A stretch of DNA of 64,000 bases from Candidatus Hydrogenedentota bacterium (GTDB lineage Bacteria; Hydrogenedentota; Hydrogenedentia; Hydrogenedentales; SLHB01): positions 1 through 64,000 of the forward strand of contig CAVUWV010000017.1 in the NCBI GenBank assembly GCA_963745075.1, read 5' to 3'. This document shows positions 18,838 through 28,342 of the stretch, piece after piece. The notes beneath the pieces were generated by a model. It saw only the letters and a list, made by a program, of their open reading frames with translations. It ran no database searches and was not told the origin of the DNA. A program made the translations under genes and the position numbers. Within the stretch, counting starts at the first letter, position 1; every line of letters begins with the position of its first letter.

Positions 18838-21378
18838 CTACGCGGCCTTTTGCTGCGCGGCGTTATGCGACATGGTGTATGCGTCCCGTCCGCGTTTGCG
18901 AACGGCCCAGACGGTGATACCGGCGGCCGCGACCATGATATTCACGAGCGCGTAGTTTACGAACCGCCAGAATGCGCGCTGCCGATCCGTCGGTTTTTCA
19001 ATCATCCGATCGATTGGTTTCTTGCCGCGGATGTTCACGATCTCGTCACCAAGCGTCACCGCGTCCACACAGTTCAGGAAGAGATCCAGGTTGCCCGCTT
19101 GCAGGAAGTTCTTGTTGAACATCTGCGAGCATCCCATCAGAATCATCTGGGACGGCGCGGGCGTCACGGGCGTTGCCGGACCCTCTTCTTTTGGCGGCGG
19201 GGGCGGCGGCATGCCCGGAGACGGTTGAGGCGGCGGCCACGCCGGGCGCTCCTGGTCTTTGAACGCGTCCGGGAACGTTCCGGTAATCTTGGCCATGACC
19301 GGATAGGACTGGCCCTCAGCAGGTTCTTCAATGGACTGCTGATTCAGCGGTTGATCCGCCGGAGCTTCCCACGCGCGGTCGGTTGTCGACGCAATGACCT
19401 TCGCATCGAGCCCGTCCTTCGCCAATGCATCATTATCCAACTCGACTGCCGTGCCCCACAGATAGAAGATAGCCGGCAACCGATTCGTAATGGGCGAATC
19501 GGGATTCATGGTTTCGTTGTTGATCAGCATCTGCATCGGCAGCTTGATCGTATCGCCACCGCCCATCAGCGCGGCCAATGGATTCGAATTGCTCCGAATC
19601 GTTAGCGCCACCTGGTTGACGTCCATCAGGATGTCTTTGGAAACGCCGAGCCCGTATTTCTGCAAGAGATCATTGATCTGGGGATTCTGATCTTGCTTGG
19701 TCAGGTTCAACCGTCCGGTTTGGGTGGTCTGATAATCCCACGCGTATTCCTGGACCGCCAAGACCACCGATTTCCCTGAAACCAAGGCCCGGTTAATCTC
19801 CCACTTCTGACGTTCGTTGAGTTCGCGCGGATTGACGACCACCAAGGTGTCATACTGGTCCGGCAATGGGCTGTCTTCCGTGAGCTGGACCCGCTCCACC
19901 TTGTACTTCTCGTGCTCCAGTATCGCTTGCAGGTATTCGTAGGGGTCGTCCTGCTGCGGGATCGGTTGACCCAACTGCATGTAGATTTGCCGCATCTGCG
20001 GGGAAATGTTGACCGATTCCATCGGCGCCACGAGAGCGATATTGGGCGGGGTTTCGCGGGTCATCTTGTAAATCGTATTGACGAGTTGGTACTCCAACTC
20101 CGGAATGTTTTCCGGCATGACCCGGGGGAGAATCTCCTCTTTATTGTCGCGATAGCTAATGCCGATGCTCGAATAAATGGGCTTCTGCGTCAGTTCTTCG
20201 TCGACCATGGCCTGCACCATAAACGGCTGGACCCCTTTGTCCAGCATGCGTTTTTCAATGACTTCCGCCTCGTCTTTATCGCCTTCTTTTTTCTCTTTGT
20301 CCGGATTCAGCATGTCGTCCTGCGACGCGAGCACATTGGCCGCCTTCAGATACACCGGTGTAAACTCGAGTTTGCCGCCGGACGCCGCATGCAGGTCCGC
20401 GAGCTTGTCGGTGATGTCCTGCTCCAGGCTCTTTAGTGCGGTTGGCATGTCCGACTTGGGCGTAATGTATACCTTTACGTTCACGGGCGACTGGAGCTGG
20501 CCGAGAATCTGTTTGGTCGCCGGCGCAACCGTGTACACCTGATCTTCCGTCATGTCGAAGCGCTTGAGGCTCTGGTCGTACACCAGCCAGTTGAAGGTCA
20601 ACCCGATGCCCACGCATAGCGTGACGGCTGTGGCGAAGGTCAGGCGCGAACCGGGCCGGTTACGTCCCTCGATGAACAGAACGTTCAACAGCAGGAAGAG
20701 CACCGTCCACGCCACGAAATACAGCACGTCGGCAAGTTCAAGCACGCCTCGGGTAAAGGTGTTGTAGTGGTCGATCATCCCGACCAGCGTTCCCAGCAAG
20801 GTGCCCAGCCCGGGAATGTACCCGTCCAGATACGTGGCGATGAAGTCCGTCCCCAGCAGGAACACCATGAAGCACACCAGCAACGTAATGACAAAGGCGA
20901 CGATCTGATCCCGGCAGAAGCCCGAAAAGAAAATACCAATTGAAAGAAAGAACGCGCCCAGCAGAATCGTGCCGAGGTAGCCGCCGACGATCGCGCCGGG
21001 ATCGGGGTTGCCTAAAACCGCCAACATGATTGGGACGGTCAGCGTGCCGGCCAGCGTGATCAGGAAGAAGATAAACGTGGCGAGAAACTTTCCAATCACC
21101 AACTCCCACGACTTCATGGGGAAAGTCAGCAGCATTTCCCACGTGTTTTCTTTGCGTTCTTCCGCCCACACGCGCATGGTCACGGCGGGAATGAACACAC
21201 ACATCAGCAACGGCAGGTTGCCGAAGTAGGAGCGCATGTCCGCCACTGGAAAGGTAAAGAACGACGTAATGTAGAGGCCGACGCTGATGGTGATAAACAC
21301 CATGATGAAGATATAGCCAATCGGCGAGGTAAAGTACGCGCCCAGGTCGCGACGCAGTATCGTGCGAATGTTTCTCAT
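18838..21378 (-). CDS. Fused GldF-like ABC-2 permease and GldG-like auxiliary (ABC_transp_aux) protein
   Basis: YFTSPIGY, PAVTMRVWAEERKENTWEMLLT, GKFLA; then RFDMTEDQVYT..AT, ELEYQL, FLNCVD and a C-terminal TM helix. Confidence 0.85.
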   Translation of the reverse strand: MRNIRTILRRDLGAYFTSPIGYIFIMVFITISVGLYITSFFTFPVADMRSYFGNLPLLMCVFIPAVTMRVWAEERKENTWEMLLTFPMKSWELVIGKFLATFIFFLITLAGTLTVPIMLAVLGNPDPGAIVGGYLGTILLGAFFLSIGIFFSGFCRDQIVAFVITLLVCFMVFLLGTDFIATYLDGYIPGLGTLLGTLVGMIDHYNTFTRGVLELADVLYFVAWTVLFLLLNVLFIEGRNRPGSRLTFATAVTLCVGIGLTFNWLVYDQSLKRFDMTEDQVYTVAPATKQILGQLQSPVNVKVYITPKSDMPTALKSLEQDITDKLADLHAASGGKLEFTPVYLKAANVLASQDDMLNPDKEKKEGDKDEAEVIEKRMLDKGVQPFMVQAMVDEELTQKPIYSSIGISYRDNKEEILPRVMPENIPELEYQLVNTIYKMTRETPPNIALVAPMESVNISPQMRQIYMQLGQPIPQQDDPYEYLQAILEHEKYKVERVQLTEDSPLPDQYDTLVVVNPRELNERQKWEINRALVSGKSVVLAVQEYAWDYQTTQTGRLNLTKQDQNPQINDLLQKYGLGVSKDILMDVNQVALTIRSNSNPLAALMGGGDTIKLPMQMLINNETMNPDSPITNRLPAIFYLWGTAVELDNDALAKDGLDAKVIASTTDRAWEAPADQPLNQQSIEEPAEGQSYPVMAKITGTFPDAFKDQERPAWPPPQPSPGMPPPPPPKEEGPATPVTPAPSQMILMGCSQMFNKNFLQAGNLDLFLNCVDAVTLGDEIVNIRGKKPIDRMIEKPTDRQRAFWRFVNYALVNIMVAAAGITVWAVRKRGRDAYTMSHNAAQQKAA

Positions 21379-22334
21379 GCCTCGTCTCCATCCTTTCCAG
21401 CGCCTACAGGCTCAGTCAATTTCAGGAAAGTTTCCTCGAGCGTCAGCGGGCGGTCGCTCAGTTCACGCAGGTCCCAGTTCTTCGTTTTCGCCAGTTTTCC
21501 GACTTCACGCCACAACTCTGCGCCCAGTCGGCCATGAACCGTAAAGGTGCTGAAGCCGTCGTCGTCGCCCACAAACTCGACTCTCCGTGCGCCGTCCAGC
21601 CCGGAAAGCAGGCGTTCGATTTCCTGCCGGTCGCCGCCCACGGAAACACGCGTCCGTTCCTGCTGCTTGGCCTGCCCGCGAAGCTGGTCCAACGTGCCGT
21701 CGCCGACGATTCGGCCCTGGTTGATAATGACAATGCGGTCGGCGGTCGCCTCGACCTCCTGCAAGATGTGTGTGGACAAGATGACCGTCTTGCCGGAGGC
21801 AAGGTGCTTGATGAGTTCCCGAATCTCCAGGATCTGGTGGGGATCGAGGCCGGACGTAGGCTCGTCGAGGATGATGATATCGGGGTCATGGATCAGTGCC
21901 TGCGCGAGGGCCGTGCGCTGCTTATACCCCTTCGACAATTCCCGGATGACCTTGCGGTACATGGGCCGTAGTCCGCACGAATCCAGCACCACATCGGTGC
22001 GCTCGCGCAAGCGCGCCCCCGTCAAGCCACGGGCGTTGGCCACGAATTTGAGGTAGGCCCGAACTTCCATGTCCATGTACAAGGGCAGAATCTCGGGCAG
22101 ATACCCGATAATTTTGCGCACGCCCAACGGATTATCGAGCACATCGACTCCACCGACCTTGGCCGTGCCTTTTGTGGGGTGCAAGTACGAGGTCAGGATC
22201 TTCATCGTCGTTGACTTGCCCGCACCATTCGGGCCTAACAAGCCCACGATCTCGCCCTTCTTGACCTCGAACGACACGTTCCGGAGCGCCACGACGGGCC
22301 CGTAATGCATCGTCAGGTTCTCAGCTTTGATCAT
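21375..22334 (-). CDS. ABC transporter ATP-binding protein (GldA-like)
   Basis: GLLGPNGAGKSTT, GYLPE..PLY, LSKGYKQR, ILDEPTSGLDP, STHIL; RBS AGGAGG before ATG 22334. Confidence 0.92.
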   Translation of the reverse strand: MIKAENLTMHYGPVVALRNVSFEVKKGEIVGLLGPNGAGKSTTMKILTSYLHPTKGTAKVGGVDVLDNPLGVRKIIGYLPEILPLYMDMEVRAYLKFVANARGLTGARLRERTDVVLDSCGLRPMYRKVIRELSKGYKQRTALAQALIHDPDIIILDEPTSGLDPHQILEIRELIKHLASGKTVILSTHILQEVEATADRIVIINQGRIVGDGTLDQLRGQAKQQERTRVSVGGDRQEIERLLSGLDGARRVEFVGDDDGFSTFTVHGRLGAELWREVGKLAKTKNWDLRELSDRPLTLEETFLKLTEPVGAGKDGDEA

Positions 22335-22534
22335 TGTTGACCGCCTCCTGAATCTCGTAAATACTTGGGTTTGCAGGCGCGGGTGCCGGGACACGTGCGG
22401 GACGCACACCAAAGGGTGCGTCCGCCGCCGGCGATGCTACTCCGGCTGGCTCCCACCGGAACAGATCCCTCCCCCCGCGTGATGTCATGCGGAGCAAGGT
22501 CCGTGCCGCGGCTGAAGATTCCCGCAAAAGCCAG

Positions 22535-22564
22535 AGGATAGCAAGCTAGCCCATTTGCGGTCAA
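22535..22564 (-). promoter_or_regulatory. Putative sigma70 promoter of the Gld-type ABC operon
   Basis: Minus strand TTGACC-18 nt-TATCCT with an extended TG motif. Confidence 0.45.
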
Positions 22565-22656
22565 TGTATTACGCGAGGTTTGTGAACGGGAGGTGGATTA
22601 TGGAGCCTCTGCCGCATTTGGGGTATGCGACCTCTTTTGAAGTGTCGCCAGTGGTT

Positions 22657-23763
22657 CTATCCGCCTGATTGTACACCGTAGCGGTGGGTCGGAACGGGAG
22701 GACTGGGACTGAACGCGGATATCCGCTCGATTGCCGTACGAACGCGAGGATCGACTTCCAGAATGCCCCGTACCGCCTCGTCAAGACGGTCCGGTGTAGC
22801 GTGCGCCCGAACATTCAGGGTCAGTGTACCGGCTCCGTCCCCTCCGTTTGATTCCTGGAAGGACTTGACGTTTCCGCCGTTTCCGGTGATATTGGCTCCC
22901 GCGACGCACCCGTCTCCCGCGAACAACACTTTTGCATGGGCGATCTCTGCACCCATCTCTCTGCAGCGGTCGCGCAATTGCAGGAGCGTGTCTTGGCAGT
23001 ATTCCCGCCACGGAACCTTCGCGTCAGCCTGCACGCGAACCGTGGCGTTCAGCCATCCGAGCGCGGCCTCTCCGTCTGCATACTGTCCATAATCGATTTC
23101 GAGTTTTCGTTCGCCGGCCGGGCGCGGCTGTTGCACGTAGTTGAGCCAGGCGTCCAAGCCTTCGCCCGTCGACGCGGATACCGCCGTGATGGGGACTCCC
23201 GGGTTCAGGCGGGCGAGGTGTTCCTTGCACGCGGCGAGCCGTTCGGAATCCAGCGTATCGATTTTGGTCAGTACCACCAAATCGGCTTCTTCCACTTGTT
23301 TCTGCATGATGTATCGCACGTCGTCCGGGAATGAACCGGACCCGTTCGACGAATCCAGCTCAGCAATCCGGCCGGGGTCCACGAGGACGCTGAACGGCGC
23401 TACGACGAACCGTTCGGCAAGCAATCGTTGGACGGGCCGTATAACCGTGGCCGCGATGTCGGTGCAGCTCCCCACCGGCTCACCGAGGATCACGTCCGGA
23501 TGGTGCTCGCGTTCCAATTGTTCGGAAGCGTGCACCAGGTCGTCGAACCGGCAACAGAAACAGCCGCCGCTGACCTCTGCGACGGCCGCATGCCGTTGCC
23601 GCAGCAACGATGTGTCGACGAGATTCGCGGCCTGATCGTTGGTGATGAGACCGACGCGTTTTCCCTGCGCGGTCAGGCGCTGTGCGGCGGCTCCGAGGAG
23701 CGTGGTCTTCCCGGCTCCCAGAAAGCCGCCGATGAATACGAGGGATGTCGGATTGGAATTCAA
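22657..23763 (-). CDS. CobW/COG0523-like G3E GTPase (putative metallochaperone)
   Basis: GGFLGAGKTT, GGCFCC, EPVGSC, TKID; TTG start. Confidence 0.85.
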   Translation of the reverse strand: MNSNPTSLVFIGGFLGAGKTTLLGAAAQRLTAQGKRVGLITNDQAANLVDTSLLRQRHAAVAEVSGGCFCCRFDDLVHASEQLEREHHPDVILGEPVGSCTDIAATVIRPVQRLLAERFVVAPFSVLVDPGRIAELDSSNGSGSFPDDVRYIMQKQVEEADLVVLTKIDTLDSERLAACKEHLARLNPGVPITAVSASTGEGLDAWLNYVQQPRPAGERKLEIDYGQYADGEAALGWLNATVRVQADAKVPWREYCQDTLLQLRDRCREMGAEIAHAKVLFAGDGCVAGANITGNGGNVKSFQESNGGDGAGTLTLNVRAHATPDRLDEAVRGILEVDPRVRTAIERISAFSPSPPVPTHRYGVQSGG

Positions 23764-23845
23764 AGAGTTTCCTTTGCCAACGTTGCGTCTAATCGATTCC
23801 CGATCGTATACAGCCGGTGTTGATGCATTCGCTGACCCGCAGGAA

Positions 23846-24604
23846 TCACGTCAACTGCCCATAATAGACGCGCGTGTCGTATTCGAAGGTGACTTGCCCG
23901 TCGTCCGCGTACCGTTCGAAAAGTGCGCGCAAGCGGCCGGTGAACGCGTCATGGCGTTCATGGCCTTCGCCGGGCACATAGGAGGATGACATGGCCCGGC
24001 CGTATACTCCCTCCCAGTCGAATACCTGGTGGTTGGGAAAGACCTGCGCCGCGCACGGTTCCGGCCCAAAAAAGGCGGCAAGCCGGGCGCCGTCGACATT
24101 TCGGTGGTTGACCTCGACGTAGTCGATGCCATCTTCCCTCAGCAGGGTATCGTAGTCCGCCAGAAATGGAGTTGCATCCGTCTTGCGGTCATTCCAGATC
24201 AGCACCGCCGATCCACCGGGGACGAGGATACGCTGGAACTCGGCCCGCGCCCGCTCCGGATCGAACCAGTGAAAGGCCTGCCCGGCGGCAATCAGGTTGA
24301 TCGTCCGTTCTTTCAGCGTCGTTGCTTCGGCCGTGCCGTGCACGGGATGGAACCGTCCATGCTCTCGCAACAATTGCGCGCTGGCCATGCGCATGGCGAC
24401 GTTGGGTTCCACGCCGAATACCCGGTTCCCATAGTCCAGAAACAAGCGCGTCAGGATTCCCGTGCCCGAGCCCACGTCGGCCACCGTCCAAGTCGGCATC
24501 AACCCGGTGGCGTCCCGCAGAAAAGGGATAATCTCAACCGGGTAATTGGGCCGGTACTTGACGTAATTCTCAACCCGGTCGGAAAAACGATCTTTGGCGT
24601 CCAT
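23846..24604 (-). CDS. Class I SAM-dependent methyltransferase
   Basis: RFSDRVENYVKYRPNYP, ADVGSGTG, GVEPN, AGQAFHWFD. Confidence 0.9.
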   Translation of the reverse strand: MDAKDRFSDRVENYVKYRPNYPVEIIPFLRDATGLMPTWTVADVGSGTGILTRLFLDYGNRVFGVEPNVAMRMASAQLLREHGRFHPVHGTAEATTLKERTINLIAAGQAFHWFDPERARAEFQRILVPGGSAVLIWNDRKTDATPFLADYDTLLREDGIDYVEVNHRNVDGARLAAFFGPEPCAAQVFPNHQVFDWEGVYGRAMSSSYVPGEGHERHDAFTGRLRALFERYADDGQVTFEYDTRVYYGQLT

Positions 24605-24719
24605 GGGCGTATGATAATGGACGTACGGTACAACGCGCCATGCCGCTGCACCGTGAACCGATGGCCGTTTCCCGCGTACTACTTCTCATGGATGACCGGC
24701 CGTGGAAGGGGCGCAGCAA

Positions 24720-25682
24720 ATGACAAAGAGCGATTCGAAGTATAAATCCGCTATTCCTCTGGTTGCTTTGGCAGTTCTAACCATTCTCGGTGTCGAAACC
24801 CTTTGGCGGAACTGGGATTACGCCCGCCGGGAGGGTCGAGCCGAACGGTACAAGTTCGGCTACATTGGCCCCAGCGGCGATTTCGTCATTCCACCAACTT
24901 TCGACTTTGCCGACGATTTCTCCGAAGGTCTGGCGCCCGTGAAGATCGAACTGCAGACCGGCTACATCGACCGCAATGGAAGCGTGGTGATTCCCCCCCA
25001 ATTCGAAGCCGCCGGGCCGTTTTCAGAAGGGCTCGCGGCGGTTCAAGTCGACGGTGAAGTCGGTTACATCGACAGGTCCGGTACCATCGTTATCTCGCCC
25101 CGTTTCTTCCCGGCGGGTGTGTTCTCGCAAGGTTTGGCGCCGGTAGTGATCGACGGAAAATACGGCTATATCGATCCCTCGGGCGCATTCGTGATTCCGC
25201 CCCGCTTCGAACGGGCCCTGCCGTTTACGGAAGATCGTGCCGCCGTCACGATTGACGACGCCTCCGGATACATCGACAAGAAAGGCACTTTCGTCATTCC
25301 CCCGCAATTCGAGGCCGGCATGCCGTTTTCCGGCGGAGTCGCATTTGTCCGTCAAAGCGAAAAATGGGGAACGATCGATGCGGCTGGCCGGGAGTTGCTC
25401 GCGCCAAGCTATACCCATGTATTGCCCGCCACCGGCGATTTAGTCGCAGCGCAGATCGACGGAAAATGGGGGTATGTCGATCGGGCCGGAGACGTCCGAA
25501 TCAGGGCGCAGTTCGATACGGCCAAACCCTTCACGGAAGGGATGGGCGCCGTCGCCGTGAATGGCGAATTCGGCTATATCGACCGCGAAGGCGACTGGGC
25601 GATCCCGGCGCGCTTTCAACGGGCCTATCCGTTTCATGGCGGTCTCGCCCGGGTTCGTGTGGCTACGGATGGATTTCATTGA
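24720..25682 (+). CDS. WG-repeat (KWG Leptospira-type) membrane-anchored protein
   Basis: N-terminal TM helix, then eight 34-aa repeats G-Y-I-D-x-x-G-x-x-V-I-x-P-x-F...F-S-E-G-L-A-x-V. Confidence 0.9.
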   Translation: MTKSDSKYKSAIPLVALAVLTILGVETLWRNWDYARREGRAERYKFGYIGPSGDFVIPPTFDFADDFSEGLAPVKIELQTGYIDRNGSVVIPPQFEAAGPFSEGLAAVQVDGEVGYIDRSGTIVISPRFFPAGVFSQGLAPVVIDGKYGYIDPSGAFVIPPRFERALPFTEDRAAVTIDDASGYIDKKGTFVIPPQFEAGMPFSGGVAFVRQSEKWGTIDAAGRELLAPSYTHVLPATGDLVAAQIDGKWGYVDRAGDVRIRAQFDTAKPFTEGMGAVAVNGEFGYIDREGDWAIPARFQRAYPFHGGLARVRVATDGFH

Positions 25683-25704
25683 GCGGACAGGCTTCCGGCC
25701 GCGT

Positions 25705-26058
25705 CTACTGTTCCGGCCGTTTCGCCGCGTTTGCGGCGCCGTGACGCTCGGCCCGCTGGATTGCTTCGGAAACGACCCGCTTGTGGGCCAGCTTCAAAGG
25801 GCGGGCGGTGCTTGGCACCATAACCCCTTCCTTTATAAGGATTTCCAGTAGATGCTCGAAGGCGTCCTCGGCTTCGGGGCGTTCCGATGACTCGACCTTT
25901 GCGATCAGTTTGTCCAACCGCGCGCGGATGGTGGGATACGACAACCCAAATTCACCGGCAAGATCCTTTAAGGAGCCGGAATGAAGAAGAAACCGCTTGA
26001 GAAAGAGCAGTTCGTCATCCGACAGGGTGGTTAACCACGTGGGAACGATTTCCGGCAT
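25705..26058 (-). CDS. DUF2089-family HTH protein
   Basis: PTWLTTLSDDELLFLKRFLLHSGSLKDLAGEFGLSYPTIRARLDKLI matches the DUF2089 signature; RBS GGAGG. Confidence 0.85.
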   Translation of the reverse strand: MPEIVPTWLTTLSDDELLFLKRFLLHSGSLKDLAGEFGLSYPTIRARLDKLIAKVESSERPEAEDAFEHLLEILIKEGVMVPSTARPLKLAHKRVVSEAIQRAERHGAANAAKRPEQ

Positions 26059-26077
26059 GCGCAGAATTCCTCCCGAT

Positions 26078-26180
26078 GAACTAATTAATAATAAAGGATA
26101 ATTGAACTAAAGTAAATATATCGTCATAAGATTAATTAAATAAAATTCAAGGAAAAATAAATTAAATCGAACTAAACTAA
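26078..26180. promoter_or_regulatory. AT-rich divergent control region with three GAACTAA..TAA direct repeats
   Basis: About 100 bp strongly A/T-rich in a GC-rich background; GAACTAA at 26078, 26104 and 26169. Confidence 0.5.
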
Positions 26181-26270
26181 GAATGCTGAATCAGCCAGCC
26201 GCGATCGGTCTGTTCCACTGGAAGTCACCCGAACGTTGCAACCTGTCGTGGCAATCATTACACTTCCTGT

Positions 26271-27281
26271 ATGATTGGACTTGCAGTCTCCATCCTGACC
26301 TCCGTATACGCCGCCGCTCCGAGCGGTCAGATCGCCTTCTTGACTTGTACCGAACAGGAGGACCAGCGCGTAGTCGTGGTGGACGTCCAATCCGGCGAGA
26401 TCACCCACGTCGGCGCGGGGGAGCGGGATTGCGAGCCGGTCTGGTCACCCGATGGTGAATGGATCGCCTACGTGACCGTGGCGCCGAAGGGTGGGACCGG
26501 TGTCCGTATCGTGCATCCGGACGGGACCGGTGAACGGTTGCTCAAGCGCGCAAAGGATTGGAACTACGGGCCCCCGAGTTGGTCTCCGGATGGAACGAGG
26601 TTGGCTTATTCCGCAGGTAGCGGCTTGGACCAGCGGGTCATGGTGTACGACTTGGACGCAGACAAGGAAGAGGCGTGGGGGACGGACTCGCAGTCGCTGC
26701 TCCGCCCCGTGTGGGCAGGGGATGGCCGGATCGTCGCGGTTGGGACCGTAGGCGAAATGGGCGCGTTGACCACGAATCTTTTTTGGGTGACGAAGAATGC
26801 GGCCAACGCGGCCATCGAAACGCAAGCGTCGGTTGGTACTTACGTTGAGTGGTCGCCGCAATCGTGTCTGAGCACCGATGCCCTTGCTTATGAGTCTAAC
26901 GACGGAGGGGACCGCGAGATATTCGTATACCTCCAGAATCGCGGCGCGGTCGATGTCAGCAATCACCGGGCGGCCGATTGGAACCCGGTGTGGTCGCCAG
27001 ATGGTCAATGGGTCGCATTCGAGTCGTTTCGCGATGGACGACGCGGCATCTATCGTGTCAACCCCACGCAGGTGCGGGTGACGGCCATAGCGGTTGGCGC
27101 CGACTACGACAACTGGGCGCCGACGTGGTCGCCGGACAGCCAATGGATCGCGTTCATCTCGAACCGGGACGGAGCGCCGAAGCTCTACGCGACGGACGTC
27201 GAAGGCGAGCAGGCCATTCCGCTCAGCAAACACGATTGGAACGACTTGGCCCCGGCCTGGCGTCCGGAGCCCAAGCGATGA
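26271..27281 (+). CDS. TolB-like PD40 beta-propeller protein, secreted
   Basis: Repeated PVWSPDGEWIAY, PSWSPDGTRLAY, PVWSPDGQWVAF, PTWSPDSQWIAF; signal peptide. Confidence 0.88.
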   Translation: MIGLAVSILTSVYAAAPSGQIAFLTCTEQEDQRVVVVDVQSGEITHVGAGERDCEPVWSPDGEWIAYVTVAPKGGTGVRIVHPDGTGERLLKRAKDWNYGPPSWSPDGTRLAYSAGSGLDQRVMVYDLDADKEEAWGTDSQSLLRPVWAGDGRIVAVGTVGEMGALTTNLFWVTKNAANAAIETQASVGTYVEWSPQSCLSTDALAYESNDGGDREIFVYLQNRGAVDVSNHRAADWNPVWSPDGQWVAFESFRDGRRGIYRVNPTQVRVTAIAVGADYDNWAPTWSPDSQWIAFISNRDGAPKLYATDVEGEQAIPLSKHDWNDLAPAWRPEPKR

Positions 27282-28333
27282 ACCGTGCTGCGTTCCATAG
27301 CGCAGTTCGCATCGCGCTTACCGGCGCGCTTCTGCTCGTCGTACCCCATGTTGCGCACGCCCGGGACGCGTCGAGCTTGCTCGACGTTATCATCACGCCC
27401 AACGACGGGATGCCCGCTCTGGCGCTTCCAGGCGGGACGATCAACGTCGTCGCGACCACCAAGGCGGAACTCTCGTTGTCCGGAACAGGCGGCTCGATTC
27501 TATTGGAGTCCGAATGGAGCGACCTACCCGGCGGGCGCGCGAAGGCGCACTGCGTGTTGCCCGAGGATATCGCGCCCGGCGCGTATGCCCTCAACGCGAA
27601 GGACTCGGACCATGTCGATACCAACCTGCGATCCGTATTCGTCTTCGAGGCGTTTCCCGACCGATACACCATTGCGCACGTAACCGATACACACATCGGG
27701 TCCAATCGGAACGGGCGCACGTCCGACGATATTTTGCGCGACGTGATCGCCGCGGTCAACGACAGCGGTGCAGCCTTCGCGCTTATCACCGGAGACCTGA
27801 CCGACCAGGGAGAAGCCGAGCAGTTTGCGCGGTTCATCGAGAATCTAAACACCTGTACGCTGCCCACCTTCGTCTGTGCGGGCAATCACGACCGCAATGG
27901 CTTGAACTACGAAAACGCCTTCGGTCCGGACGCCTACATGTTCTCGTTTGGCAAAGACGGTTACATTGGATTCGACACGAAGGATTTCTATGTCGCCGAC
28001 GATTTGCGCGCGCAACCCGCCGACCTGCAAGTCTTTCGTCGCACGCTGAAACCCGCGCGGTGGTGCATCGGGTTCAGTCACCGCTACGAAGCCGATATGG
28101 GGATGCGCACTCAAATTGTCCTGTTCATCGACAACCCGCTGGACTGGTTCATCTTCGGCCACTGGCATCGGGCAAATTCTGCGGAAGAAAAGTCCGTGCC
28201 GTGGGCCGGGCCCAACGGCGCCACGCCGATAACCGTGACGCCCGCCGCGATTAACGGCGCCATGCGCCTGTTCGAAATCGGCCCGGCCGGGGTCGTTCCT
28301 GGAAAGGTACAGAACGTCGCGGAAACGAATTAG
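27278..28333 (+). CDS. Secreted calcineurin-like metallophosphoesterase
   Basis: DTH, TGDL, GNHD, H and GHWH motifs; ATGA overlap with the previous gene; signal peptide ending AHA. Confidence 0.88.
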   Translation: MNRAAFHSAVRIALTGALLLVVPHVAHARDASSLLDVIITPNDGMPALALPGGTINVVATTKAELSLSGTGGSILLESEWSDLPGGRAKAHCVLPEDIAPGAYALNAKDSDHVDTNLRSVFVFEAFPDRYTIAHVTDTHIGSNRNGRTSDDILRDVIAAVNDSGAAFALITGDLTDQGEAEQFARFIENLNTCTLPTFVCAGNHDRNGLNYENAFGPDAYMFSFGKDGYIGFDTKDFYVADDLRAQPADLQVFRRTLKPARWCIGFSHRYEADMGMRTQIVLFIDNPLDWFIFGHWHRANSAEEKSVPWAGPNGATPITVTPAAINGAMRLFEIGPAGVVPGKVQNVAETN

Positions 28334-28342
28334 GGGGGGGCT

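Noticed and set aside
22340..22530. Possible cobalamin riboswitch near the CobW-like gene
   Set aside because: Contains GGGAA and CCGGTG fragments, but no B12 box (GCCACTG...GGGAAG) in the right order.
24850..25660. 102-bp periodicity resembling an array
   Set aside because: Explained by the 34-aa WG protein repeats, with synonymous divergence and no unique spacers.
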